Counted from the stretch's first letter, positions 15,213 to 24,603 are shown. The stretch is 32,230 bases of DNA from Candidatus Sericytochromatia bacterium (GCA_040382575.1 JBEIFE010000002.1:1-32230), one strand, 5' to 3'. The notes: generated from the letters alone by a model not told the origin. Numbers and translations are program-made.

Positions 15213-16454
15213 TCAGCGCGACAGGGCGGCGAAGGCGTCGATCCGGCCGTTGCCGAAGTTCTTGTCGGCGCCAGCATCACCCAGGTCGACGGCGGTCGAT
15301 TCGAGCAGTTGCTTGACGGCAGCGGGCGTCATGCCGGGGTTCTTCGAGCGGACCAGCCCGCAGAGGCCGGCAACCAGCGGGGCGGCCATCGAGGTGCCGG
15401 ACAGCGTCGCGTACTTGGCCGGACCCTGGATGCCGACCGGGTAGGTCGGGAACGTCGAGAGAATGTCCGTCCCGGGTGCCGAGACGCTCATCCAGGAACC
15501 GAAGTTCGAGAACGACGACTTCTGGTCGGCCTTGTCGGTCGAGCCGACGGCGATCACGCCGGGGTAGGCGGCCGGGTAGCGGCGCTTCTCGAGATTGTTG
15601 TTGCCCATCGTGGCGACGAGCACGACGTTCTTCGAGAGAGCGTACTGGACGGCTTTGGCAACCGTTTCGTTCTCATCGTAGAACCCGAGGCTCATGTTGA
15701 CGACGTCCGCACCGTGGTCTGCAGCCCAGATCAGCCCCTCGGCGATGGTGGCAGCCGAACCTGCACGGGTACCCAGGACGCGCACCGGGAGGATCTTGCA
15801 GTTGCTGGCCAGCCCAGCGACGCCCTCGCCATTGTCGGTCGAGGCGGCGGCGATGCCGGCGACGTGCGTGCCGTGACCCATGTCGTCCTTGGGCTGCTTG
15901 CCGGGCTCAACCGAGCTGTAACCCGGGAGGAGCTTGGCCTTCAGGTCGGGGTGCGTGAGGTCCACTCCGGAGTCGACGATGCCGATGACGACCTGCTCGC
16001 TACCGCGAGTCACGTCCCAGGCGCGACTGGCCTGGACCTTGTCGAGGGCATACTGGTCACCGCGCTTCGGGTCGTTCACGACGACCTCGTCGGCGAGCAC
16101 GGCACGGTCCACCTCGGCGCGGGCCACGGCGGCATCCTGGCGCAGGCGGGCGACGGTCTCCTCGGGGGAAGCTCCGACCGTGACGACGGCCGCCTGGAGC
16201 GCCGGAAGGGTGCGCTTCACGCGCAGGCGGGTCCTGGCCTCGAAGCGCTCGAAGTCCTGGCGAGTCATGGCCTGGCGGAACGAGACCAGCACCTGTGTCC
16301 GGCTCACGCCATCTGCGCGGAACTGCGCCGGGTCGAGCTGCTGGCCGCCCGAGGTGCGGGGAGCGACGGTCGCATTCATGGTCGCGGGGAGGCCGCAGCC
16401 GACCAGCGAGACGAGGGTGAGACCGAGGGCGATCGGGGTCGAGGTCGGACGCAT
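15213..16454 (-). CDS. Subtilisin-like serine protease (peptidase S8) lipoprotein with an N-terminal I9-like propeptide, copy B
   Basis: Lipobox LVSLVGC. The triad motifs are IGIVDSGVD, HGTHVAG and GTSMAAP. It is collinear with copy A over its full length. Confidence 0.9.
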   Translation of the reverse strand: MRPTSTPIALGLTLVSLVGCGLPATMNATVAPRTSGGQQLDPAQFRADGVSRTQVLVSFRQAMTRQDFERFEARTRLRVKRTLPALQAAVVTVGASPEETVARLRQDAAVARAEVDRAVLADEVVVNDPKRGDQYALDKVQASRAWDVTRGSEQVVIGIVDSGVDLTHPDLKAKLLPGYSSVEPGKQPKDDMGHGTHVAGIAAASTDNGEGVAGLASNCKILPVRVLGTRAGSAATIAEGLIWAADHGADVVNMSLGFYDENETVAKAVQYALSKNVVLVATMGNNNLEKRRYPAAYPGVIAVGSTDKADQKSSFSNFGSWMSVSAPGTDILSTFPTYPVGIQGPAKYATLSGTSMAAPLVAGLCGLVRSKNPGMTPAAVKQLLESTAVDLGDAGADKNFGNGRIDAFAALSR

Positions 16455-16509
16455 GCAGGATCCTCCTGGGGGCTCGCGGAAGGTGGCGGCTTCAACTGGA
16501 TTGAACTTG

Positions 16510-16518
16510 ATTATAACA
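16510..16518 (-). promoter_or_regulatory. Putative extended -10 (TGTTATAAT) for S8 protease copy B
   Basis: Plus-strand attataaca at 16510-16518 is TGTTATAAT on the minus strand, 56 nt upstream of the ATG at 16454, inside an AT-rich island. Confidence 0.5.
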
Positions 16519-16576
16519 TCGATTTAATCAGGTAAAACTTTCCTTAAAATTTAGAAAAAGTTCAAAGCCACATGAC

Positions 16577-16614
16577 GAGCCCCCCTCCGACCATGATCAG
16601 TCGGAGGGGGGCTC
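16577..16614 (-). terminator. GC-rich hairpin, probable terminator of the coiled-coil gene (weak U-tract)
   Basis: 15-bp perfect stem GAGCCCCCCTCCGAC / GTCGGAGGGGGGCTC with an 8-nt loop, 68 nt downstream of the stop at 16682. The flanking T-runs are short or displaced on both strands. Confidence 0.45.
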
Positions 16615-16681
16615 GGTTTGGGTCATGTCTTCGGAGGGTGCCGGAAAGAGGATTGCCAGAGGGGGCTTTTCCCCCCGACCC

Positions 16682-18691
16682 TCACTTCAGGGCAGCGAGT
16701 TCACTCTTGTCCTGATCGAGTTCGGCCAGCCACTTGCCACGTTCACCTTCGAGGCCGGACAGCTTCTGCTGAAGCTGATCGATCCCCTTCTGCGTGGCAG
16801 TGATCTCCTTCTCGAGGCCTGCCAGCTTGCCATTGGCGTCCTGGAGGTTTTTCTCGAGTCCTGCCAGCTTTCCGGTGTCGCTTTTGATGGAGGCCTCGAG
16901 ATCCTGGATCAGCTTCTGGAGACCCTCATTGGCGGTCTTCAGCTCACCGATCTTGCCTGAGTTGGCGGCCTGCTTCTCGTTGAGCGAGGTCACTTCCGAA
17001 CCGATGGCCTTGACCCGGGCATTGGCGGCGTCGAAGCTCGCGATGAACTTCTGGTCGTCCTCGGTGAGGAGTTCCGGCTCGAGGGCCTTGAGCGCCCCTG
17101 CCAGCGGACCGTCTTCCGCGATCTGCTTGAGGAGGCCCTGGCGCTCCTTGCCTAGCGCCTGTTCCTGCGCATAGAGCTTCGAATTGTCAGCCTCGAGGTT
17201 ACCGATGGACTTCTGGTTGTCCGCGAGGGTGTTCCGGGCTGCCGTCTGGTCCTTCTTCAGACCATCGATGGATGCCTTGAGAGCGCCGACGTCTTTTCCG
17301 AGGCGTTCGACCTCGGCCTTCACCTCGTCACGCCGGGAAACCAGGGTGGCCAGATTGCTCTTGGCCGAATCGAGCTGTCCCTTGACGGTCGCGATCTCCT
17401 TGTCCATGCGCTCGACCTGAGCCTCGCCGAGTCGGACATCCTGGACCTCGGTTCCCCGTGCCTGGCGGACCGCGGTTTTGCGCTGGTCCTGCAGGCCGGT
17501 GAGCTGATCACCCAGCTTCTTCACCTCGGCCGTCTGGGCGGTGATCTGGCCATCGAGGGCTTTGCCGGCCTTGTCGAGCTCGGCGAGCCGCTTGTTCACG
17601 TTCGCGAGCTGTCCTTCGAGGCCCTTGATGTCCCCTTCCGCCGACTTGATGGACGTGTTCAGCCCGTTGACCTTCGTGTCGTTGGCACGGAGGGTCTGCT
17701 GGTTCTTGGCGGTCGTGGCCTGGTTCGCATCCTGCTTCTGATTGAGCTGGGAAATATCGTTCGACAGGCCCGTGATGGCACCGGCGCGCTTGTCGTAGGC
17801 GGCGATGAAGGTCTTGTCGCTGTCAGCCAGTGAGGCCGGCTCGAGTGCCTTCAGGGCATCGTACAGGGGGCGGTCTGCCACCTGTTCACCGAGGAGCTTG
17901 CGCCGCTCGGCCCCCTTGGCCTGTTCCTGGTTGAACAGTTTCTTGTTCTCGGCCTCGAGACCCACGTTCTGCTTGCGGAGCTGTCCCGAGTTCTCACCGA
18001 GGCTGGCGATTTCCTTGCGCGCAAGCTCGATCGCCTTTTTCTGGTCAGCGATCTGGCCCTGGAGCTTGAGTTGCTCCCCCCGGACCCCGGAGGATTTTCC
18101 GTATTCGTCCACCTTCTTGTTGAGCAAGGATTCCAGCGTGGATTCGCCGGCGAGCTTGTCACTCTGCGCCTTGCCGATCTGACCATCCAGCTTGCCGATC
18201 TCGGCGATCGCCTTCTGATGGCCGGCGTCCACCTTGCCGTCCGCCGTGTCGTCTGCCTTCTCGGCCAGGATGACCTTGCGCTCTTCCTCCAGGGCCTGGA
18301 TGGATTTTTTCTGTTCGGCGATCTGCGACTGGAGACGGGTGGCGACGGATTTCGTGTTGACGGGAGCTCGTCCTGCACCGAGCCTGAAGCCACGGGTCAG
18401 CGCATTTTGCAGGGACTTGAGAGTCGATTCGTTGCGAGCCACGGTACCTTGTGCGTTCTGGATCCGGCTGTCGAGGTCCCGGATACGGGCAGGAAGGGCA
18501 TCGAACCGTGCCAGGGCCTTCAACCGCGAAGCTGCCTGCTGAGCCGTCCGTGCAGCATCCCTGGCCGCCTTCTGTGAGGCCGCGCTGGCGGGTGCAGCGG
18601 CACCGGTCTGTGGTTGTGCGGCCGGTGCAGCAGATTTCAGGGGGCCGGTGCTTCCCGGTACCGATATCCCGGAATTGTGAATGATCGACAT
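16682..18691 (-). CDS. Large coiled-coil protein (669 aa) with an internal ~100-aa duplication; function unknown
   Basis: Heptad-like Lys/Glu/Gln/Leu-rich sequence throughout and an Ala/Pro/Gln-rich N-terminus without a signal peptide. RBS GAGGAGACAGG lies before the ATG at 18691. Residues ~236-338 and ~492-590 are clearly homologous. Confidence 0.8.
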   Translation of the reverse strand: MSIIHNSGISVPGSTGPLKSAAPAAQPQTGAAAPASAASQKAARDAARTAQQAASRLKALARFDALPARIRDLDSRIQNAQGTVARNESTLKSLQNALTRGFRLGAGRAPVNTKSVATRLQSQIAEQKKSIQALEEERKVILAEKADDTADGKVDAGHQKAIAEIGKLDGQIGKAQSDKLAGESTLESLLNKKVDEYGKSSGVRGEQLKLQGQIADQKKAIELARKEIASLGENSGQLRKQNVGLEAENKKLFNQEQAKGAERRKLLGEQVADRPLYDALKALEPASLADSDKTFIAAYDKRAGAITGLSNDISQLNQKQDANQATTAKNQQTLRANDTKVNGLNTSIKSAEGDIKGLEGQLANVNKRLAELDKAGKALDGQITAQTAEVKKLGDQLTGLQDQRKTAVRQARGTEVQDVRLGEAQVERMDKEIATVKGQLDSAKSNLATLVSRRDEVKAEVERLGKDVGALKASIDGLKKDQTAARNTLADNQKSIGNLEADNSKLYAQEQALGKERQGLLKQIAEDGPLAGALKALEPELLTEDDQKFIASFDAANARVKAIGSEVTSLNEKQAANSGKIGELKTANEGLQKLIQDLEASIKSDTGKLAGLEKNLQDANGKLAGLEKEITATQKGIDQLQQKLSGLEGERGKWLAELDQDKSELAALK

Positions 18692-18867
18692 GATCCTGTC
18701 TCCTCGGACACTTCCACGATGCGCCTTTCAGCGATCGTGGATGGGGGGCGTGGTGCGGTTATGCCGCTGGCGGTCGGGTCTCTGAACGACAAGCAAGCAC
18801 TTTTCACGATCATTTAGCGCTTTTAACGCGTATCAAATATATGCAGGATGGGCGGCCCTCCGGGCGG

Positions 18868-18896
18868 TTGCCGCCCCCGGAGGCGGCCGCTAGAAT
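18868..18896 (+). promoter_or_regulatory. Putative hutU promoter (TTGCCG, 17 nt, TAGAAT)
   Basis: TTGCCG at 18868-18873 and TAGAAT at 18891-18896 with an exact 17-nt spacer, 56 nt upstream of the hutU ATG. The -35 and spacer lie within a GC-rich imperfect hairpin (18857-18883). Confidence 0.4.
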
Positions 18897-18951
18897 GACC
18901 CACGGACGCTTCTGCGGCTCACCGATGTCCATCACGAAGGAGTGAGGATCC

Positions 18952-20661
18952 ATGAACGCGGCACTCGATCAGGCCCCCGAACTGCGTGCCCTGCTTGCCG
19001 GGGAGTCCCGCATCCCGCTCAGGGCCCCTCGAGGCAGGCACCTGTCGTGCCGGGGCTGGGTGCAAGAAGCAGCGCTGCGCATGCTGCTCAACAACCTGGA
19101 TCCCGAGGTGGCCGAGCATCCCGACGACCTGGTCGTGTACGGTGGAACGGGGCGGGCGGCGCGTAGCTGGGACGCCCTCAGGGCGATCGTTCGCACCCTG
19201 ATGACCCTCGGCGACGAGGAGACCCTGCTCATCCAGTCCGGCAAACCCGTGGGGGTCTTCCGCACCACCCCGGACGTTCCGCGCGTGCTCATCGCCAATT
19301 CGAACCTGGTGCCGAACTGGGCTGACTGGGGAACCTTCCGGCGCCTGGAGGCCGAGGGCCTCACCATGTTCGGTCAGATGACGGCAGGCTCTTGGATATA
19401 CATCGGGACACAGGGCATCCTGCAGGGAACCTACGAAACCTTCGCGGCCGTGGCACGTCAGCACTTCGGCGGGACCCTGGCCGGACGCCTCGTCGTGACG
19501 GCCGGGCTCGGGGGCATGGGTGGCGCCCAGCCGCTCGCCGTGACCATGAACGACGGGGTCATGCTGGCCATCGAGATCGACCCCACCCGCATCGCTCGTC
19601 GCATCGAGAAGGGCTACTGCCAGATCGTGGCCGAGACGCTCGACGAGGCTCTGGCCCACGCCCGCGCTGCCATCGAGTCGAGAGAGCCCCGCAGCATCGC
19701 CCTCCTCGGGAACGCGGCCGAGATCCTGACCGAGATGGTGCGGCGGGGACTCACGCCAGACGTGGTCACGGATCAGACCTCGGCGCACGACCCGCTCACG
19801 GGTTACATCCCGGTGGGGCATACCCTGGAGTCGGCTGCGCGACTCCGGGCGGAAGACCCTGAGCATTACCTGAAGTGCGCTGGCGAGAGCATGGCCCTGC
19901 ACGTGCGGGCCATGCGGGCCCTTCAAGACCGCGGAGCCGTGGTCTTCGACTACGGAAACAACCTGCGTCAGGTCGCGCTCGAGCACGGGGTGTCGGACGC
20001 CTTCGAGTACCCGGGGTTCGTGCCAGCGTACATCCGCCCTCTCTTCTGCGAGGGCAAGGGCCCATTCCGGTGGGCGGCCCTGTCCGGTGACCCGGCCGAC
20101 ATCCACCACATCGATGAACTCATCCTGCGCGAGTTCTGCGACGACGATCCGGGGCTCGAGCGCTGGATCCGTCTCGCCCGGGATCAGGTCCACTTCCAGG
20201 GTTTGCCCGCGCGCATCTGCTGGGTCGGCTACGGAAAGCGCGCACGTCTCGGAAAGCGCATCAACGACCTGGTGGCGGCAGGAGTGGTCTCGGCGCCGGT
20301 CGTCATCGGTCGTGACCACCTCGACTGCGGCTCCGTGGCGTCCCCCAATCGCGAGACGGAAGCCATGAAGGACGGATCGGACGCCATCTCGGACTGGGTC
20401 TTCCTGAATGCGCTCGTGAATGCCGTGGGCGGGGCCTCGTGGATCAGCCTGCATCACGGCGGAGGCGTCGGGATCGGTTACAGCCAGCACGCCGGCATGG
20501 TCATCGTGGCCGATGGCACGTCGGCTGCCGAGCGTCGCCTGGAACGCGTGCTGACGAGTGACCCCGGAATGGGCATCATCCGTCATGCCGATGCGGGTTA
20601 CGACGAGGCCCTTGCGGCCGCTGCCCGCCACGGCGTGCGTCTCCCCATGCAAGAAGGGTGA
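18952..20661 (+). CDS. hutU: Urocanate hydratase
   Basis: 569 aa. Typical urocanase blocks include [42 protein letters not shown] and [23 protein letters not shown] at 18936-18942. Confidence 0.95.
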   Translation: MNAALDQAPELRALLAGESRIPLRAPRGRHLSCRGWVQEAALRMLLNNLDPEVAEHPDDLVVYGGTGRAARSWDALRAIVRTLMTLGDEETLLIQSGKPVGVFRTTPDVPRVLIANSNLVPNWADWGTFRRLEAEGLTMFGQMTAGSWIYIGTQGILQGTYETFAAVARQHFGGTLAGRLVVTAGLGGMGGAQPLAVTMNDGVMLAIEIDPTRIARRIEKGYCQIVAETLDEALAHARAAIESREPRSIALLGNAAEILTEMVRRGLTPDVVTDQTSAHDPLTGYIPVGHTLESAARLRAEDPEHYLKCAGESMALHVRAMRALQDRGAVVFDYGNNLRQVALEHGVSDAFEYPGFVPAYIRPLFCEGKGPFRWAALSGDPADIHHIDELILREFCDDDPGLERWIRLARDQVHFQGLPARICWVGYGKRARLGKRINDLVAAGVVSAPVVIGRDHLDCGSVASPNRETEAMKDGSDAISDWVFLNALVNAVGGASWISLHHGGGVGIGYSQHAGMVIVADGTSAAERRLERVLTSDPGMGIIRHADAGYDEALAAAARHGVRLPMQEG

Positions 20662-21947
20662 TTCCCGTGTTCGATACCCTGATCGTTCACGCGGGCACCC
20701 TGCTCACCATGTCAGGCCCCGAGGGTCCACGGGTGGGGGAAGCCCTGGCCGACTGTGGCATCTTGCATGACGGGGCCGTCGCCATCCGGGAGGGGCAGAT
20801 CGCGGCCGTGGGGACGACTCGCGAGCTCTGGATCCATCCCGACCGGACGGCTGCCACGCAGATCGTCGATGCCGGTGGGAGGGTCGTGGCGCCGGGTTTC
20901 GTGGATGCCCACACGCATCTGCCCTTCGCGGGGGCTCGCCTCGACGAGTTCGAGCGACGTGCCCGCGGGGAAACCTATGCCCAGATCCTGGCGGCAGGGG
21001 GCGGTATCCACGCGACGGTGCGTGCCACACGCGAGGCGACCCTCGACGAGCTGGTCCGTCTTGGCTCGGGCGCCCTCGACAGGATGCTGGCCCTCGGCAC
21101 GACGACCGTCGAGGCCAAGAGCGGCTACGGGCTCGAGCTCGAGACCGAACTCCGGCAACTCGAGGCTCTCAGGAAACTTGCCGAGCAGCATCTCGTGGAC
21201 GTCGTGCCCACCTTCATGGGCGCCCATGCCATCCCGTCCGGTCAGGATCCGGATGCGTACATCGACGAGCTCGTGGCGGACTGGTTGCCGCGCGTGGCCC
21301 TCCGTGGGCTGGCGCGCTTCTGCGATGTCTTCTGCGAGGAAGGTGTGTTCACGCCCGCTCAGTCCGAGCGGTTGCTGCGAGCGGCCCGGGAGCAGGGGCT
21401 TGGCGTCAAACTTCATGCCGACGAGCTGGCCGACACGGGGGGGGCAGCGCTGGCAGCCTGCCTCGGAGCCACCTCGGCCGACCATCTGCACCATGCGAAC
21501 GAGGAGGGTCTGAGGGCCATGGCCGCTGCAGGCGTCATCGGAGTCTTGCTTCCCGGCACGGCGCTCTTCCTCGGGATGACCCACCATGCACCGGCCCGCC
21601 GGATGATCGAATGGGGGGTGCCCGTCGCTCTCGCGACCGACTTCAATCCCGGCTCGTGTCCTTCCCCATCGATGGCCCTCATGATGGCTCTGGCCGTCAC
21701 CCAGCTGCGTCTCACGCCGGCGGAGGCCTGGTCGGCCGCCACGATCAACGCTGCCCACGCCATCGGACGCGGTCACCGGGTCGGGAGTCTCGAGCCCGGG
21801 AAGCAGGCGGATCTGGTGGTGTGGGACACGACGGACCTGCGCGAGATCGCCTACACTCTGGCGAGCATTCCCGTCCACGCCGTGCTCAAGCGCGGTCGTC
21901 TTGTGTCCCTTTCACGTGCCCTGTCGGAAGGAAGTCTTCACGCGTGA
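20658..21947 (+). CDS. hutI: Imidazolonepropionase
   Basis: The GTG start overlaps the hutU stop (GTGA); an alternative GTG lies at 20667. It has the amidohydrolase motifs [20 protein letters not shown] and ATDFNPGS. Confidence 0.9.
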   Translation: MIPVFDTLIVHAGTLLTMSGPEGPRVGEALADCGILHDGAVAIREGQIAAVGTTRELWIHPDRTAATQIVDAGGRVVAPGFVDAHTHLPFAGARLDEFERRARGETYAQILAAGGGIHATVRATREATLDELVRLGSGALDRMLALGTTTVEAKSGYGLELETELRQLEALRKLAEQHLVDVVPTFMGAHAIPSGQDPDAYIDELVADWLPRVALRGLARFCDVFCEEGVFTPAQSERLLRAAREQGLGVKLHADELADTGGAALAACLGATSADHLHHANEEGLRAMAAAGVIGVLLPGTALFLGMTHHAPARRMIEWGVPVALATDFNPGSCPSPSMALMMALAVTQLRLTPAEAWSAATINAAHAIGRGHRVGSLEPGKQADLVVWDTTDLREIAYTLASIPVHAVLKRGRLVSLSRALSEGSLHA

Positions 21948-22849
21948 CCAAGCTCATCGAGTGCGTCCCCAACTTCAGCGAGGGACAGGATACCGTCGTC
22001 ATCGACTCCTTCGTGGGTGCGCTCGAGGGCATCCCCGGCTTGATCGTGCTCGATCGCTCTTCCGATGCCAGCCATCACCGGACGGTTCTCACCTTCGTGG
22101 GGACCCCGGAGGCGCTCAAGCAGGGCGTCCTGAACCTGTTCGAGCTGGCGGCGCGGCACATCGACCTGCGCGAGCACGTCGGCGAGCATCCCCGGATGGG
22201 AGCCATCGACGTCGTCCCCTTCATCCCCGTGCGGAACGCCACCATGGAGGATTGCGTGGCCCTCGCCCGCGACGTCGCAGCCGAGGTCGCCAGACGCTTC
22301 GAGGTGCCCGTGTTTCTCTACGGAGAGGCGGCGACGGCACCGCACAGGAAGTTGCTGTCGAGCATCCGCAAGGGCGAATTCGAGGGCCTGGCCGAGAAGA
22401 TGCAGGCGCCGGAGTGGAAGCCGGACTTCGGTCCCGATGGACCCCATCCCGCGATGGGCGCCTCCGTGTTCGGTGCCCGTCCGTTTCTCATTGCCTACAA
22501 CCTGCAACTCGATACGGCCGACGTCCGGATCGCCCAGGCGATCGCCCGCGCGGTACGGACCAGCACGGGTGGTCTTCCCCACGTCCAGGCGATGGGTGTC
22601 TACCTCGCCGACCGTGAGCAGGCCCAGGTGTCGATGAACCTGCTCGACTTCCAGAAGACCCCGATTCACCGCGTCCAGGAGCTCGTCAAGATCGAGGCTG
22701 CCCGGTTCGGTGCCCGGATCCTCGGCGCCGAGATCGTCGGCCTCGTCCCCCAGGGTGCGCTGCTGGAAGCAGCTTCCTATTACCTTCAGATCGAGAACTG
22801 GCAACCCGATCTGGTCCTCGAGAACGCCCTCGTCCGGAAGGGAGAATGA
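21944..22849 (+). CDS. Glutamate formimidoyltransferase (FTCD N-terminal-type enzyme)
   Basis: The GTG start overlaps the hutI stop (GTGA). The N-terminus [15 protein letters not shown] is the family hallmark, and the 301-aa length fits. Confidence 0.85.
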   Translation: MTKLIECVPNFSEGQDTVVIDSFVGALEGIPGLIVLDRSSDASHHRTVLTFVGTPEALKQGVLNLFELAARHIDLREHVGEHPRMGAIDVVPFIPVRNATMEDCVALARDVAAEVARRFEVPVFLYGEAATAPHRKLLSSIRKGEFEGLAEKMQAPEWKPDFGPDGPHPAMGASVFGARPFLIAYNLQLDTADVRIAQAIARAVRTSTGGLPHVQAMGVYLADREQAQVSMNLLDFQKTPIHRVQELVKIEAARFGARILGAEIVGLVPQGALLEAASYYLQIENWQPDLVLENALVRKGE

Positions 22850-23517
22850 CCGTGTCGAACGCTTATCAGCAAACGCCCTCCTTGAATGACCTGCACCTCA
22901 GTGATTTTCTCCGCAAGCTGGCCTCATCGGATGCGACGCCCGGGGGAGGCAGTGCTTCCGCCCTCGCCGGAGCCCTCTCGGGAGCGCTCGTGACGATGGT
23001 CGCGGGCCTGTCCCAGGCAAAGGCATCCGAGGATGCCGCCGAGGCCATGGAACTGCTTTCGGAACAGGGCGACCAGCTTCTGGAAACCCTTTCCGATGCC
23101 ATCGATCGAGATGCCCGGGCCTATGACGCCGTGATGGTGGCCATGAAGTTGCCCAGGGAAAGCGATGACGAGAAGGTGGCACGAAAGACCGCCATCCAGG
23201 TAGCGCTCAGGGGAGCTGCCGACGTACCTCTCGAGGTGGCCGAAGAGTCCCTGGCCGCGGCAGAGATGGCGTTACTGGCCCTCGACAAGGGAGTACCGCA
23301 TGCGGTCTCGGATGCCGGTGTCGCCATGGCGCTCGCCTTGGCTGGTGTCGAGGGGGCAGTCCTGAACGTCGCGATCAACCTCGATGGTCTGGCCGATGCC
23401 GCCGTGGTGACCACCATGAAGCAGGAACTGGCGCGCATCGAGGCCCGGGCTGCGGAACTCCGTCGTCAGGCGCGGACCATGCTGGAGGCCCGGATCGCCT
23501 CGCTGCCGAGAAACTAG
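22846..23517 (+). CDS. Formimidoyltetrahydrofolate cyclodeaminase (FTCD C-terminal-type domain)
   Basis: The ATG overlaps the upstream stop (ATGA). FLRKLASSDATPGGGSASALAGALSGALVTMVAGLS is the characteristic N-terminal motif. Confidence 0.8.
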   Translation: MTVSNAYQQTPSLNDLHLSDFLRKLASSDATPGGGSASALAGALSGALVTMVAGLSQAKASEDAAEAMELLSEQGDQLLETLSDAIDRDARAYDAVMVAMKLPRESDDEKVARKTAIQVALRGAADVPLEVAEESLAAAEMALLALDKGVPHAVSDAGVAMALALAGVEGAVLNVAINLDGLADAAVVTTMKQELARIEARAAELRRQARTMLEARIASLPRN

Positions 23518-24521
23518 GCGTTCGCGCGTCCCCGGTCCGACGGCACGGGCCCGGGGGGATGGCCGACCTGCGTTTGCAAGATGGGGGCTGCCTCGAGATG
23601 GGTCACGACGTGGCATGGACCCAGGACGTCTCTCAGCTGGTGTTCTATGCGGTCCGAGACGGCCTGAGCGTCCACCAGCAGCAGATCTCGCGGAAAGCTG
23701 AGGTGGACCTCGACGTGCCGCACGGGCCCGGCCTTCCGAGTGCGCAGGTCGTGGTGGTCAACCAGTGGCGGCACGTGCGCATCGAGCACTTCCCGGATGC
23801 GAACCAGTTCCTCGGGCGGAAGGCTCTCATCCAGCAGTGCTCTGGCTGATTCACGCATCACCTTCCAGCCGATCGAGCAGATGAGGATGGCCACCCCCGC
23901 TGCGGTCAGGGCATCGAAGATGGCCATGTGGGTCAGCCGCACCAGCACCAGTCCCGCGATCACGCCTGTTCCCGTCAGGACGTCCGTGCCCAGATGATGG
24001 GCATCCGCCATCAGGGCGGCGGAATCGTATCGGGCTGCCACGCGCATCAGATGGGCAGAGACCAGCAGGTTCGTGACACAGCTGATGCCCATGACCACGA
24101 GACCGGGTCCCGTTTCGGGCGCGGTTGCCGGATGAAGCAGGTGATGGATGGCCTCCCATCCCACGAAAAGGCCGGCCACGACGATCAGGGCCGCCTCGAT
24201 GGCCCCGCTCATGTTCTCGAGCTTGCCGTGGCCCCAGTGATGGTCGTCGTCGGCCGGTATGGCGGAGGCGCGGACGGCGTACCAGGCGATCGCTGACGCC
24301 AGGAGGTCGATACCACTGTGGAGCGCCTCCGAGAGGATACCGATCGAGCCGGTCTGCAGCCCCACACCGATCTTGAGCATCACCAGCAGGGCATTCGAAC
24401 CCACGGACAGGGCCGCTGCACGCTCGACAGGGGTCGTCAGCACCGGGACGTTCCTCTCGGAAGGGGGAATGACGGTCCACTCTGGATCGTACCCCGGCGT
24501 ACGGCCTTCCTGGTGAATCAT
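23514..24521 (-). CDS. Cation diffusion facilitator (CDF) family metal efflux transporter
   Basis: SEALHSGIDLLASAIAWYAV...DDDHHWGHGKLE and ADAHHLGTDVL motifs, six predicted TM segments, and a C-terminal cytoplasmic domain. Confidence 0.85.
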   Translation of the reverse strand: MIHQEGRTPGYDPEWTVIPPSERNVPVLTTPVERAAALSVGSNALLVMLKIGVGLQTGSIGILSEALHSGIDLLASAIAWYAVRASAIPADDDHHWGHGKLENMSGAIEAALIVVAGLFVGWEAIHHLLHPATAPETGPGLVVMGISCVTNLLVSAHLMRVAARYDSAALMADAHHLGTDVLTGTGVIAGLVLVRLTHMAIFDALTAAGVAILICSIGWKVMRESARALLDESLPPEELVRIREVLDAHVPPLVDHHDLRTRKAGPVRHVEVHLSFPRDLLLVDAQAVSDRIEHQLRDVLGPCHVVTHLEAAPILQTQVGHPPGPVPSDRGRANA

Positions 24522-24581
24522 GGCGGAGCCCGATGGGGATTAACCCAAGATTCAACCGCTCTTGACCTGAAATTGAAGTGC

Positions 24582-24603
24582 TTATCGAGAGACCTCTCGA
24601 TAA
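24582..24603. promoter_or_regulatory. Perfect 22-bp palindrome (TTATCGAGAG-AC-CTCTCGATAA), candidate operator in the CDF / NlpC-P60 divergent intergenic region
   Basis: 10-bp arms at 24582-24591 and 24594-24603 with a 2-nt centre. It lies 36 nt upstream of the ATG at 24639 and 61 nt upstream of the CDF start at 24521. Confidence 0.45.

Noticed and set aside
13441-16535. Long plus-strand ORFs 13441..15030 (529 aa) and 15309..16535 (408 aa).
   Set aside because: They lie antisense to the two S8 protease genes and have Arg/Gly/His/Asp-rich junk-like composition with no motifs. These are typical shadow ORFs of high-GC DNA. The minus-strand products have complete catalytic triads.
21611-21943. 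Upstream extensions of several track ORFs: 21611 for the formimidoyltransferase, 24318 for NlpC/P60, 25676 for hutH, 7877 for the 8009 gene and 1088 for yidD.
   Set aside because: The extensions overlap neighbouring well-supported genes or lack an RBS. Family-typical N-termini and RBS or overlap signals support the internal starts I used.
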